In this document: piece after piece, positions 60,515 through 64,000 of the stretch
Numbering within the stretch: position 1 is the first letter of the stretch
Layout: each line of letters starts with the position of its first letter
Source of the DNA: an uncultured bacterium
GTDB lineage: Bacteria > Actinomycetota > Acidimicrobiia > Acidimicrobiales > VFJN01
Reading direction: 5' to 3'
DNA: 64,000 nucleotides
NCBI GenBank assembly: GCA_963717085.1
Contig: CAVQVM010000013.1
Coordinates: 71,442-135,441 of the forward strand
Made by a program: the position numbers and the translations under genes
Notes under the pieces: generated by a model
What the model saw: only the letters and a program-made list of their open reading frames with translations
What the model was told of the DNA's origin: nothing
Database searches by the model: none

Positions 60515-61480
60515 ATGATTCGACTGCGGCTCGGTGTCGACGACGTTGCCGGAACGAGGTTCGCTGCGCCCAGCCCTTATTGCGAGCTCTCTGTCAGCGC
60601 CCAGGTCATACAGCAGCCGACGAGCTCGTTCCGACGACTCTGCACGGCCAGCGGGGTCCGCCTCCCGGCGTCGGCGAGCCACTTTCTGGAGTTGGTGCCC
60701 GCTCACGGCAACGTCCCCGACTTCCTCGCGCCGGAGGGGGCGAACAGCTTGGAGGAAGCCCTCGATGTCGTCATGTCCACGCCCGACCGGCTGATCCGGA
60801 ACGACATGGCGACCCTCCCACGGCCGGCAGCGTCGTCCTGGATGCTCGCCCTGGCGGACGGCTGCGTGTCCGCTCGGAAGGAACTTGCATCGTCCTTGCG
60901 TGACTACCACGACCAGGTGCTCAAGCTGCTGTGGCCGGCGATCGAACACATTCTCGAAACCGACCTGCGGTTCCGCGCCTGGCAGCTGGCGACGACGGGT
61001 GTCGCGGCGACAGTGGATGGCCTGCACCCTGGCATTCGGTGGCGCGACGGAGTGGTCGAGGTCGACGGGCCCCTGGACGCGGATGTCGACCTGGCGGGCC
61101 GGGGCCTCCAGCTCATGCCGTCGCTGTGGACCCGCCCGGGCTTCACCGGGCGCTGGACGCAACCCACGCTCGTCTACCCGCTAGGCCGTTTCGCCTGGAT
61201 GGCTCCGACAGCCACCAACAGCCACCGCGACCCGCTGGCCGCGGTGCTCGGCAACACCCGGGCACGGGTGCTCCGCGCTCTGGCCGACGAGCACACGACG
61301 AGCGGACTTGCCCGCGTGCTGGGGATCAGCCTGGCCTCGGCGTCCACCCACGCCGCCGTCCTCCGCGATGCCGGCCTTGTCACCAGCCGACGACAGGGCC
61401 AGTCAGTCCGACACACCCTGACCGGCCTCGGCGCCCAATGGACGTCGTACGACCGGCCGAACGCGACGAAGGCGGTGTGA
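60515..61480 (+). CDS. ArsR-type winged-HTH regulator (C-terminal HTH)
   Basis: MIRLRLGVDDVAGTRF, PDFLAP, LGNTRARVL...TTSGLAR...SASTHAAVLRDAGL. Confidence 0.88.
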   Translation: MIRLRLGVDDVAGTRFAAPSPYCELSVSAQVIQQPTSSFRRLCTASGVRLPASASHFLELVPAHGNVPDFLAPEGANSLEEALDVVMSTPDRLIRNDMATLPRPAASSWMLALADGCVSARKELASSLRDYHDQVLKLLWPAIEHILETDLRFRAWQLATTGVAATVDGLHPGIRWRDGVVEVDGPLDADVDLAGRGLQLMPSLWTRPGFTGRWTQPTLVYPLGRFAWMAPTATNSHRDPLAAVLGNTRARVLRALADEHTTSGLARVLGISLASASTHAAVLRDAGLVTSRRQGQSVRHTLTGLGAQWTSYDRPNATKAV

Positions 61481-61508
61481 CTACCGCCCACCCGTAAAGG
61501 AGAATGCA

Positions 61509-62843
61509 ATGCGACAGCACAGCCGGTGGTTGCGACTCCTCGCCCTCCTGACAGGTGTCACGCTCATGGCCGCTGCGTGCGGCGACGACGACGATACCGA
61601 GGCGAGTGAGGATACGACCGAGACGACAGCGGAAGAGGGGGGCGCGTCAGCTGCGCCTGCGGTCGGTGAGGCGGCGCCGACGTGTGAGGGCGAGAGCGAC
61701 GGCGTACTCGGGATCGGCGGTCTGCTCCCGCAGACCGGCGACCTTGCGTTCCTGGGCCCACCCATGGAGGCCGGTGCCGCCCTGGGGATCCAGGACGTCA
61801 ACGCCGCCGGGGGCGTGCTCGGTAAGCCGGCCGAGTTCCTGGCCGGCGACTCGGGCGACGGCGACCCCGACATCGCCAACCCCACGGTCGACGGCCACTT
61901 GGCGGCCGGTGTCGATGAGATCCTCGGTGCGGCCGCGTCGGGTGTCTCGCTCAACGTGATCGACAAGATCACCAAGGAGAACTGCAAGATCCACTTCTCG
62001 CCGGCCAACACGTCGCCGGAGTTCACGGACTACGACGACGGCGACCTCTACTTCCGCACGGCCCCCTCGGACGTGCTGCAGGGCCGGATCCTGTCCGACC
62101 TGATCGTCGAGGACGGCAACACCACCGTGGCGTTGCTCGCCCGCCAGGACTCCTACGGTGAGGGCCTGCTCGAGTTCACCAAGCAGCCCCTCGAGGAGCA
62201 GGGTGCCGAGGTCGTCGTCGAGCGGGTCTACGACCCCGAGGCGCAGACCTTCTCGGCCGAGGTCGACGAGGTGATCTCCGCCGACCCCGACGCACTGGTC
62301 ATGATCGGGTTCGCCGAGTCGAGCATCATCCTCAACGACCTGTTCGAGCAGGGCTTCACGCCCGACGAGAAGAGCATCTACCTGGTCGACGGCAACATCG
62401 GTAACGCGCTCGGCGAGGAGTTTGCCGAGCCCGGCGCCCTGGTCGGTGTCAAGGGCACGCTGCCGACGGCCGAGCTCACCGAGGACTTCCGGGGCCGGCT
62501 GCTCGGGGTCGATCCCGCACTGCAGGACTTCAGCTACGGGCCCGAGACCTACGACGCCGTGGTGATCACGGCATTGGCGGCCGAGGTCGCCGGCAGCGAC
62601 GACCCCGCCCAGATCGCCGCCAACATCAATGGCGTCACCCGCGAGGGCACCGCGTGCACGACCTACGAGGAGTGCAAGCAACTCGTCGCCGACGGCGAGG
62701 ACATCGACTACAACGGTCCGTCCGGACCACAAGAATTCAGCCAGCCAGGTGAGCCAACAGCGGCCACCTTCGCGGTCATGTCCTACGGCGAAGACAACCA
62801 AATCGACGACACCGCGACCGAATTCCGCGAGGCGTCGTTCTAG
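61509..62843 (+). CDS. Branched-chain amino-acid-type ABC substrate-binding lipoprotein
   Basis: AAAC lipobox, LLPQTGDLAFLG, GAAASGVS, FRTAPSD, YDAV. Confidence 0.92.
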   Translation: MRQHSRWLRLLALLTGVTLMAAACGDDDDTEASEDTTETTAEEGGASAAPAVGEAAPTCEGESDGVLGIGGLLPQTGDLAFLGPPMEAGAALGIQDVNAAGGVLGKPAEFLAGDSGDGDPDIANPTVDGHLAAGVDEILGAAASGVSLNVIDKITKENCKIHFSPANTSPEFTDYDDGDLYFRTAPSDVLQGRILSDLIVEDGNTTVALLARQDSYGEGLLEFTKQPLEEQGAEVVVERVYDPEAQTFSAEVDEVISADPDALVMIGFAESSIILNDLFEQGFTPDEKSIYLVDGNIGNALGEEFAEPGALVGVKGTLPTAELTEDFRGRLLGVDPALQDFSYGPETYDAVVITALAAEVAGSDDPAQIAANINGVTREGTACTTYEECKQLVADGEDIDYNGPSGPQEFSQPGEPTAATFAVMSYGEDNQIDDTATEFREASF

Positions 62844-62846
62844 ATA

Positions 62847-62880
62847 CTTCGAGGGGGGAGGGAAACCTCCCCCCTCGAAG
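62847..62880 (+). terminator. Intrinsic terminator-like hairpin
   Basis: CTTCGAGGGGGGAGG-gaaa-CCTCCCCCCTCGAAG immediately after the stop. Confidence 0.7.
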
Positions 62881-62977
62881 GACCTCCACGTCCCATAGGG
62901 CGAGCCAACCGTCGAGGGCCGGCGGGTCGAGGGGCTAGGGTCGCCGCTGAGCGTCCGGCGGTTCGGGAGACGACAGC

Positions 62978-63757
62978 ATGCCCACGCGTCACAGGCGGCT
63001 CGGTATCGGTGTCGCGCTCGTTCTCGTACCCGCGCTGGTCGGTCCGATCGCCTGTGGCGGCGGCGACGACTCGCCCGACGAAGCGTCGGCGGAGTCGACA
63101 GCGACAACGGCCGCTCCCACGACGACGAGTACCGCTCCCACGACCACGACGCCCGACGTCACCACTGAAGATGTGACGTTCACCTCCGGCGACGGGCTCG
63201 ACCTCGTGGGCCGTCTCTATGGCGAAGGCTCCACGGCGATCGTTTGCTCGCACGAGAGGCAGAGCTCCAAGGCGGACTTCGCTACCGCCGGCCCGCTGCT
63301 GGCCGCCGAGGGGTTCATGGTTCTGGCCTATGACAACCGGGGCGATGGCGAGTCGGAGCAGGGCGTGCCCGTCGATCGAGTGCTCGATCTGCTGTCGGCA
63401 ATCGAGCTGGTGCGGGCGCGTGGCGCCGAGAAGGTCGTGCTGCTGGGCGCGAGTCGGGGTGGAACGCTGTCCCTCGACGCGGCCACCCGGACCGACGTCG
63501 ATGCGATCGTTACCCTGTCGTCGCCGCCCCCAGACGACGGGCCGACCGCGGTCGCGGCGGTCACTGCGCCGAGCCTTTACGTAAACAGCGAGAACGACAG
63601 GTTTGCCGACAGCACCCAGGAAATGTTCGAGGCGGCCAACCAGCCCAAGGAGATCGAAATCTACCCGGGCGGCAACCACGGGGTGGCGCTGTTCAACTCG
63701 GAACCCGGCCTCATCGATCGCATCGTCACGTTCATCAGCGCACAGACCGCCGCGTGA
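62978..63757 (+). CDS. Alpha/beta hydrolase lipoprotein
   Basis: IAC lipobox, Thr-rich linker, YDNRGDG, GASRGG, NHG. Confidence 0.88.
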   Translation: MPTRHRRLGIGVALVLVPALVGPIACGGGDDSPDEASAESTATTAAPTTTSTAPTTTTPDVTTEDVTFTSGDGLDLVGRLYGEGSTAIVCSHERQSSKADFATAGPLLAAEGFMVLAYDNRGDGESEQGVPVDRVLDLLSAIELVRARGAEKVVLLGASRGGTLSLDAATRTDVDAIVTLSSPPPDDGPTAVAAVTAPSLYVNSENDRFADSTQEMFEAANQPKEIEIYPGGNHGVALFNSEPGLIDRIVTFISAQTAA

Positions 63758-64000
63758 CATGCGTAGATCATTCGTGTGTTGTGCGCAGCGCCAACCGCAT
63801 CAAGGTCTCGACTCAGGACGACATCGTCGTCGATAGCTCGACCGGTTAGCGCCCCACCCTGTCCGGCCCGTAGCCAGTCGGGGCTCGGTGAACCCCGTGA
63901 GCGCCATGACGGTTCCGTCGGTTGGGCGCCAGGCGACCTCGCATGGCTGGCCGCCGTTGCCGCGATGGTCGTTCTGGCCACCGCATGTCCACGCCATGCA

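Noticed and set aside
1-64000. Transposase, integrase, reverse transcriptase, phage, tRNA or rRNA genes
   Set aside because: No recognisable motifs in the ORF track or sequence.

Overview
High-GC Actinomycetota DNA, inferred from an F420-type LLM enzyme, a mycothiol-dependent MDMPI protein, MMPL transporters and 'AACG(D/G)DD' lipoproteins; Acidimicrobiia-like is a guess. It is an accessory region of about 60 mostly single, functionally unrelated genes: methyltransferases, alpha/beta hydrolases, VOC proteins, SDRs, DUF899, DUF1772, cupins, M1/M4 peptidases, two-component and LuxR regulators, adenylate cyclases, a sugar ABC operon and orphan substrate-binding proteins. No rRNA, tRNA, CRISPR array, integrase or transposase was recognised. 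The main unexplained structure is a family of ~75-85 bp imperfect-palindromic intergenic repeats, consensus about CMGRTTGCCCGAACCG-Nx-YCGCCTGYC-N4-CGTCAGCACAGAACGACGNGGCGCGAGATCGGCAGRTCTG, with about a dozen recognisable copies plus many remnants. The repeats punctuate the genes in a gene-repeat-gene-repeat pattern reminiscent of an integron-like cassette array with non-canonical att sites (hypothesis). The region is also full of truncated or internally deleted genes (poxB-like, dinB, ribosomal-protection GTPase without G domain, LipJ-like cyclase, others). Many single-base frameshifts, especially at 42300-45400, may be long-read errors. All functional calls are from motif recognition by eye; no searches were run.
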